DNA of 64,000 nt from the NCBI RefSeq assembly GCF_038025025.1, contig NW_027117346.1, positions 62,001-126,000 on the forward strand. The letters are read 5' to 3'. The notes under the pieces were generated by a model. That model did not search any database, was not told where the DNA came from, and worked only from the letters and a program-made list of their open reading frames with translations. This document shows, one piece after another, positions 26,451 to 38,627 of this stretch. Each line of letters begins with the position of its first letter. Position 1 is the first letter of the stretch. The translations under genes and the position numbers were made by a program. This DNA is from Phyllosticta citribraziliensis. Taxonomy: Eukaryota.

Positions 26451-27668
26451 GGAGTATGACGCGCTTTTTCAAGAACCAGCAGTAGAGCCAGCGACCACTA
26501 ATCGGAATGTGGAAAATGTCGGACGGATCGCCATTGGCTTGGAGAAAAGGGCAAACGCTGAGACGGCCGAGTGCGAAACAAGGCGGAGCACAAAACACCA
26601 TTCCTGGGTTTCAGCGCGCCGCACAAGCGCCCCTTTGTTGTCCTCGTGGCCCGACCTCTCCGCATCTGCTGCGCTTCTCTACCCTTTTTTTCCCTTCATC
26701 CATGTAATTATTCCAGCGGCGCTCACGATACCCCGCAAGCTAGCCGCCACGCCCCCCAAACGCCCCGTCACGAGTCACGGAACACGCACGACATGTCATT
26801 ACACCACCAGCGCAGTAGGTAGTAGTAGGTAGTAGGTAGCTCAAGAAGTCTACAATCAACACTAATACATGCACACAAACAATTGTCTCTCCCGACGTCA
26901 TTTTCTTGGTCGTAATCTCTTTTTGATTCATGACTTGGCCATGTGGTGGTGGTGGTGGTGGTGATACATGTAGTCGTGGTGGTAGTACAGCCCAGCCTAG
27001 CCATGGACTTTTTTCGTCGTGCATGTGCATCGGCGCACTCATTTCCTGGCTTTGCCTTGCCTTGCCTTGCGTCCTACTCCGCATCTCCGCAACCCCCGCA
27101 TCTGCGCATCTTTGCGTTTTCCTTCTTGGCAGGAGCAGGCAGGAACAGGAGTCTTTATTCTCGCGTATGTATGTGTACTACATAGTACAACACGACATGT
27201 AAACAAGTATGGGCATGCCTAGGTAGGTAGGTAGGTAGGTACGGGGTAGTAGGTCAACTTGGTAGCGTAGCCCACCACACACCACACACCAATGTCCATC
27301 TATCTTTCCTTTCATCTTTCCTTCCAGTCGCAGGGACCCAATGGCCCAATGGCCCAATGGCCCGAGGGCTATCTCCCGCTTTTGGAGAGGAGGGAGAGGG
27401 GGTGGTGGTGGGGGTAGGTACCGTAGGGAGGGAGGGTCAGTCCAGCTTTGGCTTCTCTTGCCTCTTTCTCAACTCACTTCCATCTTCCTCTCTCTCTCTT
27501 TGCTTCTCTCCTCTCCTCTCTCGCGCCCGCCGCCAGTCAGTCAGTCAGTCAGTCAAGCCATATCCATCTCCTCACGGACATCAAACGCACTCTCCCCGCG
27601 CGTCCCTCCCCCATGGCGTGGCGTGGCATAGCATGGCATAGCGTGGCGTCGCCACACCTCTTTCTCTC

Positions 27669-27669
<1 letters not shown>

Positions 27670-27699
<30 letters not shown>
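27670..27699. repeat. (CTG)10 microsatellite, intergenic
   Basis: Direct count. Confidence 0.9.
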
Positions 27700-27700
<1 letters not shown>

Positions 27701-29095
27701 GGAAGTCGAACGTCGAAAGTCGAGAGATAGCAACAGAGAGAGCAGGAAAAATTGGCGGCGTGGAACAGTCGAAGCAAACCTCGCTCACCACCCAGGCGAG
27801 CCCGCCCACCTTCGCAGCCACCTACAGTTTCTTCCCTAGCAAAACGAGACGAGACAAGACAAGGTACCCCCCGTCTCGACCGCAGCGTTGCCGTGCATCC
27901 CGTTGAGGCGTTGGCCCATCGTCGTACCGCTGCACCGCTACCGCGCCGCCGCCGGCTTGTGCCGCGCCCGCGCCCGCGCCCGCCGTGGCTGAAGCGCGCA
28001 AGCAAGCAAGCAAATCGGTGGCGTCTTGGGCATCTAGGCGGCGTCTAGGCAGGCACACAGCACATAAGTATGTAGCGTTGATAGTGGCGCGTGGGGCGTG
28101 GGGAGCGGGGCGCACGGTGTGTGTGGCGCAGCTGGCAGAGCGGTGGTGCCCGTTGCTCGTTGGCTGATGGTTGATGGCTGGATCGAAAAAGTCTCCAGCG
28201 TGGCCGTCGTAGAGTATCGTCTGTAAGTGGCCTACCCAACCAACGTCATGGGGTTGGGTCGACGGTGGTCGACCATGGTCGAGACAATGCGGCCGTCCGC
28301 TTGCCAATTGACTTTCGGGCTGCAGCACGGTGACGTACCTTACGGCCGTCGCGAGCGCGACGGGGGCCAATGAGTGCGTGTCCGTCGCCCGTCGCGGCAC
28401 CTCAACAGGAGAGGAGAGAGGCGGGACGGCTAAGTATACAGTACAGTACACGCGTCGAAGGAGGTGGGTGGGCAGGCAGGCAGGCAGGCAGGTAGGGCTG
28501 CAAAAAGCAAAAAAGAACTCAAGGTTTCCGCGAGACGCCAGATTCAGATTCGATGCGATGTTTGGGTAAAACGCTTGTTTGATGCATGGGTCTGTCTGAC
28601 TGACTGACTGACTGACACATTTGGCACTGACCTGGTTTGCGTCAAGGTGCATTCAGGCTGCAACGGATGGTCTCGGAGACTCCGGACGGAGGACGGGTCG
28701 TGGCTTTTTAGCGCCGGGTCGACGATGAGACTTTTGGGGAATGTTCAGCTGGAATCGAGTGAGTGCGCTTGGGAGGGTGGATGCGATGCGATACGATGCC
28801 ATGTAAGGTGCTGCCACTGGTGTGTTGGTGGTGTCGAGGGCGGGTGTGACGTCGATCCTGGGCACAAGAAGCAGCGTCGCAAGCAAAACTTGACTCGTCT
28901 GTCTGGCAAAAATCGGCTCATATTCTCTGAGCAGGTGGTTGCATGAGTGGTTATCAATCAGTGAGATGAGAGCCGGACACCTTGTCCGCCCTAAACGCCA
29001 TGACTCTTGTTTGAAACTTTGCGCCGGCTCCTGGACTCTGCGTTTGGCGCTGCGTCGAAACGCTCCGTTTGTACGCTTTCTTTCCCTGCCACTGC

Positions 29096-30052
29096 CTACA
29101 TCGGCATCGGCTTCAAATGTCCTTCGTTGTCGTATCGTGCCTCTGTCATCTTCGTCAGCGCCTGTCGTACACCAATTCCACCCCGACTTACTGAAAAAGG
29201 TGTAATTCAGCGTAATCGTGTTGATGCCCCTCATATTGATATCATCGACAAACGCCGGATCAATGTAAAAAAACACGGGCATGTCGACCGTCTCGCCCTT
29301 GTTCAGCCGCTGCTCCTCGAAGCAAAAGCACTGGATCTTGCTGAAGTACTGCGCCACCTGCCCCGGCGTCACGCTGTACGTCGCCACGCCGATGATGTCC
29401 TGGTCGCCCTCGTTGGTCGCCGTGTAAAACGCCAGCGCCGTCTCGCCCGGCAGCACGCGCACCTCGCGCTGCTGCGGCGTGAATTTCCACGGCAGCACGT
29501 CCGATACGGCGCCGTTGAATGTGATGCGCAGCCGCGGCACCGTGTCGACCGGCTTGAGGCGGTCCGCTGGGTCGCCGTCGACGGAGCCGTGGGCGGCGGA
29601 CTTGATCGGCTGGCCTCCCCAGCCCGTGGTTTGGCAGATCTGCGACATGTCAGGACCAAGCGTTGGAATTGCGGGCAGAGCTATGTTGGAGAACCATTTT
29701 GTACATGGGGACCGAGCCGTAGGATAATGCGACGGTGCCGAGAATGATGCTCATGGTGTAGTACCTGGCGGAGGATCAGCACAAGCTGGTGGCAACATTG
29801 TCGAACGGGAAAGATGTACGCAAGGGACCGGTTCTTTTCCTTATACTTCTCCCGCACTTGCTCCATGGTTGGCATTTGCGGTCTGCTCTGGGAGGCGTTT
29901 TGCTGTGGCTTGCTGCTGTTCTGCATGCCCCGTCGCTGTGCTGTGGCATTGATCCGAGGAGTCGCGCGCCGAGCGCAGGCGTTGCATATCCATGGCGAAG
30001 GCGCGGAGAATGGGCGCGCTAATCTGCGCAATGTTGTCGAGGGCGGGTTCAT
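29096..30052 (-). CDS. COX11: Cytochrome c oxidase assembly copper chaperone Cox11; 3 introns
   Basis: Mitochondrial presequence-like N-terminus, TM segment with SYGSVPMYKM|ICQTTG, copper-binding KIQCFCFEEQ, DMPVFFYIDP, TLNYTFF. Confidence 0.95.
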
Positions 30053-32723
30053 GGTTGTGGTGTCGAGAAGATGGCTGAGCGAGATTCCCGTTGGTGGTGA
30101 GATCAGATCTCGCAGGGTCCGGGTGCTAGGCCGAAAATGGCTTATCGATTGGCGTGCCGATGATGCCGAAACACCGCACGTCGAGAAGCATTTTCGACAC
30201 CTTCTAACAATACCTCTTCTTCTATCTTTCCTTGGGTAAAATTTTGAAGAATTTGCCTACGTCATCCAGCTGGGCGGGAAGAGAACAGTCGAAGCCTTAT
30301 CGATGCGTGGCGTGGCGGTTCGTTGCCCTTCTTCAATGCTTGAGCTGCCGCTCTTGGAAGCTGCACTCTTCTTTTGCCCTTGCTCAGTACAGCAATACCA
30401 ACTCCATCAGTCTCATGTTGCGTCTAAATGCACGCTTTGCGTTCATCAAAGTCCCATTTTCTCTTCGAGGGCGCCGAACTACATTTTCATACTAGCATTC
30501 TTGACATTTCCCAGTCGATTTTACCCTTGATCAAACGAGCGTTGGCTGCCCAAGGCGATAGTTAATTAAGAGATTGGAGCCCTGCCAGCTAAACGCAATA
30601 AGGTAAAGAGAGGGAAAATTCACCCGAGTGAGCCCTGGTACGACGTCCGAACTGTTAGATCTGGCCGAGAGATCTTCAGCCATTGACACTGAAGAGCGCC
30701 GCGGAATAAGGGTGTTAATTCTCTACGGCCTTAATCGTCTGAGCAAGGATTGGCGGGCAGATTCGGTAGGTTCAGTCGCCAGCCAGAAATCAACATCCGC
30801 CAAAAGATGTTTGTTCTCAGCCAGTGTTGTTTGCCGTTGGCCAAAAACGAGGGATGGTGGCGTAGGTTTTACAACACTTCGCCGATTAGAAGCCACCTTG
30901 AAAGGAGTTCGGCCACAATATACCTTCTTTCGCCGCCGATCTGTCTAAGATTATGATGGCCTCAGAGATTCGAGGTCGCATGTAAAAAGCTCCGCCGCCG
31001 GAATATTGAGATTCCAGTTCGAGAGCTACATATTCAACTCACAGAGGCTATCTCAAAGCTTTCAAAAGTCCACTCACAGGCTTGCTACATTCAAAGGCAC
31101 AAAACCGCCTCTCAACCAACTCCCCGCTCGATCAGGGGCGTATGAAGCCTGTCAAGAGTTTTGCTACGTTTGAAAACGCAACTCTGCCTCTATATCAACC
31201 AAGTTTGAACAGCAAATTCATCGCTCTACCGAATTCCCGCCCGGAATACATCCACGCCAGTACCACGCCTTGCATCATTGCACCTTGTCTCGGAGAAAAC
31301 GCTACTGCAGACCAAACCGACCCCTTGCCAACTTCTACGCGCAAATTACAACTACTGCTACTGCGGATGGACCGAACAAGACGTTAGTACTGATAACAGC
31401 TAGCATACAGACCAATCAGACCGCACTTTTCGCAACTTCGAACGCAGTGAAAGTGTCGGGAAGGCGGGGAAAAGGCAGCAAAGGGGGGAGCGAAGTTAGC
31501 GTCCCAAACAACTGAGCCAGAGCTTTACTGCAAAGAGGAAGCGCAACACTAGCGCCGCGATTGCTCCAAGAGCGATGAAGGCTAGCTTGAGTGTTTGGAG
31601 ATTGGCAGAAAAGCAGCGCCAAAAGCGGCGGCGCGTAGATATCCCGGCTTTTCATTTTTTCGCCAGTCTTTCCATCGCGCCGCGAAGAGGCATTCAAGCG
31701 ATGCGCGTGGCCGACACGTAGGGTTGCGTTGCCAGTGCCCGTGTTTGTGGAGGAAGACAGACACATACCACTGAAGTCCCCTCCGGCACCCACTGAAGCG
31801 GCTCTAAGAACTAGTGGTATGGTTTGAGTTTAGAATCTGGATGACCTACATGCCCACTTCCTCGCTCATAAACCTGTGTCTATCACAACGTCAGAGCACT
31901 GCATCAACAAGCCGGCCAGTACAGCCAGAGTGCAACCAACCAACGTGATGCCCTCCTCTCCTTCTCTTCCCCTCCTTCCCTCTCCTCCTCTGTCTTCCAA
32001 CCAACCAAGCAACGACACAAAACCCAAACGTCAAGTCGTCGACCAAGAACGCATAAGCAAAACCCTGCAACGCGCCCTACCAACAACCCATTCCAGCATC
32101 GACCAAGAGGACACGGAGAGACGCAGAGTCGGGACGATGCCCCAGCGATGAAGGAAGGAAGAGCCAGAGCGGGAGGAGCAAGAAGATTTGTCCGATGCCC
32201 ACAAATATCGAAATCGTGCTCAATGCATGCCGTAGCGTCCTCTCATCCGCCCGTCATTCTGTCGCAAGGAAATACGCGCGTAAGACGTCAATCCGTCACT
32301 CATTCCATCAGGTACATAGGTACGTGTCGACCTCGACCTCCCGCACATGCATGCATGTCACAAAAGGACTCAAAAAAGGCGAATCCCTTAGAGGGATGAG
32401 AGAGGCAAAGGAGAGGGATAAGACGGGAGAAGAAAAGCGAGTGAGTAAGGTAGTAGACGCTCATCGCTGCTGTCAAAGAAAACCAAGTCATGTCATCCTT
32501 TCGCCTTAGTAGTGGTGTTCCCCAACTGCGCCGACCCGCCCATTCGTCCCAGCAAATCAGAAAAGACTGATGATGACAACAACAACCGTGTGATGTGATG
32601 CGCTAGCCAGCCGTGTAATGGTTTTCCGCTCTTTTGCAAAGCCCACCCGCAGACCAGAACAAGCCTCATTGACCCCAAGGGAGAGAAAGAAGGGGCGAGA
32701 AAAAAAAAATAAAAGAAAAGGTC

Positions 32724-34086
32724 TCAATCACTGCGCAACATGCTCTCGACAAGGTCGCCCAGCGGGCCCCAAAAGTCCCTGCTGCCCTGGCTGAGCTGGT
32801 GCTCCTCGACAAACAAGACATAGTGCTTGAAGCTGGTGTTGAGGTGGGGCTCGAGGCCGAGCGCGATGATGACGGGGTAGTGGTGGCAGTAGATGTGCGC
32901 GTAGACGCGGTACAAGCGCTTGAAGAGCTGGCGGATGAGCGACGGAAACTGCTTGGGGAACTCGACGCCGACGCGCGGCGGGAACATGGCCTCGTTGTCC
33001 ACGTTGGCCTGCACCCACGCCATCAGGTGCTCAATGTACTCGGGCGCCGACATCTTGGTCGGCCGCTTGTAGTTCTCCGAGTCTTGCCACAGGTACTCGA
33101 ACTCGTCCGTCGCTTTCATCTCCGGGCAGCTCTGCGGCGAGCAGAATTCCGTTATCGAGCCGTAGATGAGGTTGATTTGGTTGTAAAAGTCGACCACTAT
33201 ATGACTCGTTCGTTAGCCTTGTTTTGCTGCGCCGGCGGTCGGCCTTGTTGCTATAAATATCTTATAGCTCGCTTCCAAAAATGGTCGAAGGTGATGCTTC
33301 GCGAATATACTCACCATTGACAGCCAACCACTCGCCGATGTCCTCGCCTTCGGGCAGCTGCACCGCCTTCCTCAAGCTTCCGCTACCCAGCGTCGCCTCT
33401 GCAAACTGCTTCAGTTGCCACGAGCTGGTTCCTCGCTTGCCCTCTTTGGCCCGGAATGCCGCCGTGCCGCCATTGCCCGCTCGAGCAACCTTGCTGTTAC
33501 TGCTATCATCATGACGACCGTTAGCTCTCTGTTTCCCCTTGTAGCGGCTCATGCGAAATTTTTGTTGTGGAGGGGGCTGGTTCGGCATGTTTTGCTGGTA
33601 TCGCGCTGGCGCCGCTGGGGCAGGTGGCCTTCGTGCCCACGCGGCGTGGCTCTTGGGCGGGTCCGGGTACTCCGGGATGTGATGGTGGCCGTCGTAGCCC
33701 ATGCCCGCCTGAGAGGGCGCCAGAAGAGTGTGGACGCTGCTCCGCAGGGCCTGGTCAAATTCCCTTTGCAATGGACTCGTGTACGCGCCGCCGGGCAGAG
33801 CTGGCGGGGTAAATCCCAAGTGGGCGCGGTGCCAGTAGGCGTCGTCCCAGGAGCCAGCGTCTCGTCGAACCGGTACGTAGTGTTGTGGCGCCAAACAGTC
33901 GCAAGGGTCCGCATCCTGCGAACAAAGGTCGTGGGGCAGGCATGGGATAGGCGCCGGATTTGGAAATGTGAACACGGGCGAGAGCGGCCGTGGTGTTGAG
34001 GGAAAGGATGGAGATGTGGTGCGGGAAGAGTGCGAAGGAGACGGGGGGCAGATTTCAGCGTACATTGTTGTGATGAAAGAAGTCAT
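32724..34086 (-). CDS. MOB1: Mob1 NDR-kinase activator (SIN/MEN pathway); exons 34086-34064, ~33499-33315, 33196-32724
   Basis: MTSFITTI|NSK..., [52 protein letters not shown]...[25 protein letters not shown]. Confidence 0.95.
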
Positions 34087-34979
34087 GACTGAGCAGTCGG
34101 AGCCGGTGGGAGGCTTTATGCGCAAAGAAAAGCTTCGAAGGTTGTCGGGACTAGGGTTGCAGCAGCATTCCAGAGGTTAGCTTTAGCGTGTACGGGAATG
34201 AAGGGGAGGAGGGACGAGGTACCGCCGAAGGGACGCATGCACGGGCGCAAGTTGTGGGACGACGGTGGGGGTTTCGAGGAGCAAAGGGAAAGCGGACGAG
34301 TAGCCTGACGGGAAGGGCAGAGGTTGCAGTGGTGGTCGCTGAGGGAGCAGGAGGAAATGGTGTTGGTGACGGGAGTCGAGCTGAGCTGCGAGGTAAACAA
34401 CGCTAGTCGGCCTGTGGTGGGGGCAACCTGGCAGGCGATCCGCCCGCACGTGCGCCTCCGCTTTGATCTGCCTCCTGGCATTCTTTTCTCTTCTTCTTCA
34501 ACACGCCTTTGTTTGCCTTTTGCCCTTTTGGACGCCGTTGATGACTCGGCATGGTGTCCTCACTTGGACCAGCACTCCAATCACCGCACCGCGAGACCCC
34601 ATCTTCGAGAAACGCGCCACTGGACAACAACCATGGTTCACCGACCCTCGATTCACCCATCACGTGCAGTCATACAAAGCTCTAGCATAGGATTATCAAT
34701 TTGACACTCGTGCAGCGTAGGTCCACTACTAATAATGCAACTGTCCGTCTTCCATCCAAGCAAAACCCTTCCTGAGCAAGTCCAGCGAGCCATTCGCGGG
34801 GCCTGGTGCAGCAAAGGGGGTATCACACGTCATACAGAATCAAAAGAAGCTCAAAAGAAGGATTAAGAGAAGAGAGAATGTAGAGGCAAGCCGTAGGCCA
34901 GCTAAAGAGACGCCGGGTAGTCTCCATCGTCGAGCGGCTCTGGCCCGAAAGGGAGCCACTTCGTTGGGCTACCAACCGA

Positions 34980-37141
34980 TCACGACCCGCCGGACTCGCT
35001 CTTCCGCTCCGCCGCCGTCGCAGTGGGCTTGTCCGACGCGGGCGATGCGCGGATCGTGTCGTCCTGGCCGAGATCCTCCGCGTGCGCAGCGTCAAGCGGC
35101 TCGGCGTCTTCCATCTGGTACAGGATCTCAGGCTGCACGTTCTGCCTGAAGATGTAGCGCCTGAAGAAGTAGAAGAATTGGCGACCGCCCCATGCAGCGT
35201 GCTTGGAAGTTGGCACGCTGAAGACCTGGTCCAATTCTTCCAGCGTCTTTCCTTTGGTCTCGGGCAGGAAAAACAGCACCAGGAAGAAACCGACGACGTT
35301 CCAGGCAGCGTACCAACCGAAGGCGCCTTGAGGCTTGAACGCCTTTTGAAGCGAGGGCCATGTGATGGACAGGACGAAGTTGAAGAACCAGGTGGTCGCC
35401 GTCGCGAGCGACATGCCGTACGCACGCACGTAAAGCGGATACGCCTCGGCTGAGTAGGTAAAAGGAACAGGACCTTCACCGGGCGAATACACGATTCCGA
35501 AAAGGTAGATGCCCAAAGCGATGAGGCCAACACGCACCCTGAGCGATTCGCCTTCCTGGCTGATGAAGAAGCACATGCCAGTAAAGAGCAGGAAAATGGC
35601 CATCAAGGGGAACGTCGTCAAGAGGAGATTCCGCCGACCGAATGTATCGATCGTGTAGATGGCGGGAATGGCGAAGAGGAAGTTGATGATACCAAAGCCG
35701 AGCGAGGCCGCGAGCGCCGACTGCGCGCTGAACCCAGAGTCTTGGAAGATGGACGACGAGTAGTATGCAATGACGTTGACACCGCAAAACTTGACAAGTC
35801 AGTACAGGGACAAAGCGTACAACCTTCACACGTACCTGCTGCATGAACATGACAATCTCAGAAGCCAGCATGGCTCGTCGATTTCGCGGCACAGTGACCA
35901 ACTCCAGGAGCTTGCTTTGACCGATTTTCATACTCTCCTCGGCCCTCAAGAGCTCGGACATGTAGAATTGGTCGCGAGCAGCCTGAATTTTGGAATATCG
36001 GAGGCGACACATGGCGTGATAGGCTGCGGCGTGGCGACCGTTGCTCATGTACCAACGAGGGGATTCCGGACACAAGAAGACGAAGAAACAGACGACGACG
36101 GCTGGAAGCATGGCAGAAGCCATCATCAAACGCCAGTTCAGACCGGTTGCCACGCTGGTATCCTCGACGCTGTAGAGCGCAAGATCGGCGACATAACCAA
36201 GCATGATACCAAAGGCAGTCCACTGTACATGTGTCAGTAACAATTCCTCGCTGCTTTTGTTCTAAACTGACCATTTGCCACTGCATCACCAACGCGCCGC
36301 GGATGGCCGGAGGCGTGCATTCTGCGGCGTAAATGGGCACAGTTGCCGACTTGGGACCAATTCCGAATCCGAGCGCAAAACGAGCAACGAACATGTGCCA
36401 CCAGGTGTTGACAAAGCCCTGCCAAAAGCAAGCAATCGCCGAGAAGAGACAAGTGATGAAGATGGTGCCGCGACGACCAAACCAGTGGTTGTACGGGACA
36501 GTCAGCCAACAGCCGACAAAGGCGCAGCAGAGGTAAGGTGCCGAGTTGGTCAACCCAGTCAACCACGTGGACCGCTCGTCGCCATTGTCGATTCCGAATT
36601 GCGGGGTGTAGAAGAGCTGGGCACCGTTGACAACCGTCTCATCTACGACTCGTCAGTATACGCCACCCTTTATGCTTAAACACATGCTGGTGTCGATCGT
36701 GCTCGTACCCATTCCTTGGACAGCGGCGCAGATGGAGCAGCAGACAATAACGACGTAGAGAGTTCGCGGCTGACTCCACTTGCTCGCAAACTCCTTGTAC
36801 AAAATTTCTTGCTCTTGATCAGTTATGGAGTCAGAACCGAGACGGTCGTAGGCGAGCGGATTTTGCGCGAGGACAGCGCCGAGCTCGAAGGCGCGAATGT
36901 CCTCGGGCTCAGCCAAGGCGTGCTGCAGAGCGTAGTCACGGCCCTTCTTCTCCAGCTGTGCGCGCGTGTAGCCCGCAAGCGGGTTGGCCAATTTGGCATT
37001 GGCGTTTCGGCGGGCACGCTCAGCAGCAGACATTGCAGCCGTGGACACGGATACGTTGCGCTGGGCTTCGGGCTTGGGATTGATTCCAGCATCCTCATGG
37101 TAGGCAACTTCGCCCTCGGACGAGTGCTTCTCGCCGGACAT
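34980..37141 (-). CDS. MFS sugar porter (myo-inositol/polyol/pentose transporter-like); 3 introns
   Basis: AAVQGMDETVVNGA, FGRRG loop, VPIYAAECTPPAIRGALV, PESPRW, QQFCGVNVIAYY, DTFGRR, GEGPVPFTYSAEAYPL, PETKGKTLEEL. Confidence 0.93.
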
Positions 37142-38560
37142 TTTTACGTTTTTAGAGAGTGTACGAATTCACTGAAAAGCGCGTGCCTAAGGGTAGTCAG
37201 CGACTGGGTGGATTAGAGGTGGGACAAAACACCAAGGCTGGGAAAAGCTTCAACGAAAGCGCATACGACTTGGCTTTGTCAATTGCAACGGGAAAGGATC
37301 TCTTCTCATCACTTACAACGCGGTGCCAGGCAGACCACTTTATGGGTCTTTTCACAACGGTCGTGACGGATATTATTGAGGTATCAAAAATCATCAGCCG
37401 TTCAATGGCCTCGTATCGGCGGCGACAGATATCCCAAGTGCTTGCAGAGGGCGGTTGGATCGGTACCCGGGGAGACGTCTTGGGACAAGAGAATCGCCGC
37501 GGGGAGTGGTCTCATTAAGAGGAGTCAAGCAAAGGCCATGACATGGGGCTTACTCACGGCAGGCGCCGCTGACAAGAAGGCCAGCCAGGTAACATGGGAA
37601 CCCGTAGCCATCTGGTGCGCCCTTCTCCACAGACACACACCCAAAAACACTCAACCATTTCGCCTGGCAGGCTTGGGGGCTTGGGCTGACAGGGCAGAGG
37701 ATGGGCCAGCAGGCAGAGCCCTGGTTGGTTCAAAAAAGCGAAACCCGAGCCCTGGTCAAGGGTCTCTGACGGTTTTGTGGCCGCGTTTGGGGTTAGCGCG
37801 TCAGTCTCCGCAAACAGACAACATGGATCGGCCCAGCTTTTGCCCGTTGCGGGGAAGATGGTTCCGTTTGAGAGATGGAGACCCGGTCCATGTCGTTGCA
37901 TGGATGGAGCTACGCGTCCATGTCTCTTGGCCATCAAACTCGATACTTTGAGGCGGTCAAATCTTTGTCCCATGGTCGAGCTGCCGCGGTGATGGGGTGG
38001 GAAATTTTGGCCGCAGTTCTGCGTGTCGGGAACTCTCTGGTTTGAAGACGTATGCAAGACCGCTTACGCCTTCACTTGTGGCAACATTGTTTAGCAGCCG
38101 TACCTCGAGCCAAGGCCTTGTCGCAAAAGACGCCTCGCCGCAGGCTGACATGGCTCTGGGGCACAGAGCGAATCCTTTGGCATGGGAAGAAAAGCCCAGG
38201 CATCATCGGGTCACGCCGCCCAGGCCGACCAGGTAGTGGAGCTGCATGGCTTTTTCAGTTCACATATCCACCTCTGTCGCCTCCAGATGCCTTGGTAGCC
38301 GACCGGTCAGGTCATCGGACAGGGCTGATTGACAATCGGAGTAGCAGAGCGGATGGATCGAGTCGACGACGAGCGCACGGATACCGATTTCGCGAATGTA
38401 CCATCCGAAACACCACGGTGCCGTGTGTATTGATATGTTTCTGAAGGCCGCATGACAGCAATCTTTTTACCAAGTCGTCTCCCAAGTCGAGCTCATTGAT
38501 GTAAGCAAGGTCCCAGATGGTGTGAGTGAACGGATGACATTGTGGTCTGGCTGAGGTAGT

Positions 38561-38627
38561 CTGGGGAATTACTGGGGCCCTGGGGGAGGGGCAAGACGCC
38601 CGGGGAGACAGGGGGGCCAAGGCGGAG
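38561..38627 (+). promoter_or_regulatory. Cluster of five SYGGRG (CreA/Mig1-type) motifs ~1.4 kb upstream of the sugar porter
   Basis: CTGGGG at 38561, 38572 and 38580; CCGGGG at 38600; GCGGAG at 38622. Confidence 0.35.

Noticed and set aside
31719..31725. AACCCTA on the minus strand as a possible telomerase RNA template
   Set aside because: Only 7 nt match. A TTAGGG template needs about 1.5 repeats, and no U-rich/A-rich pseudoknot follows in the right order.
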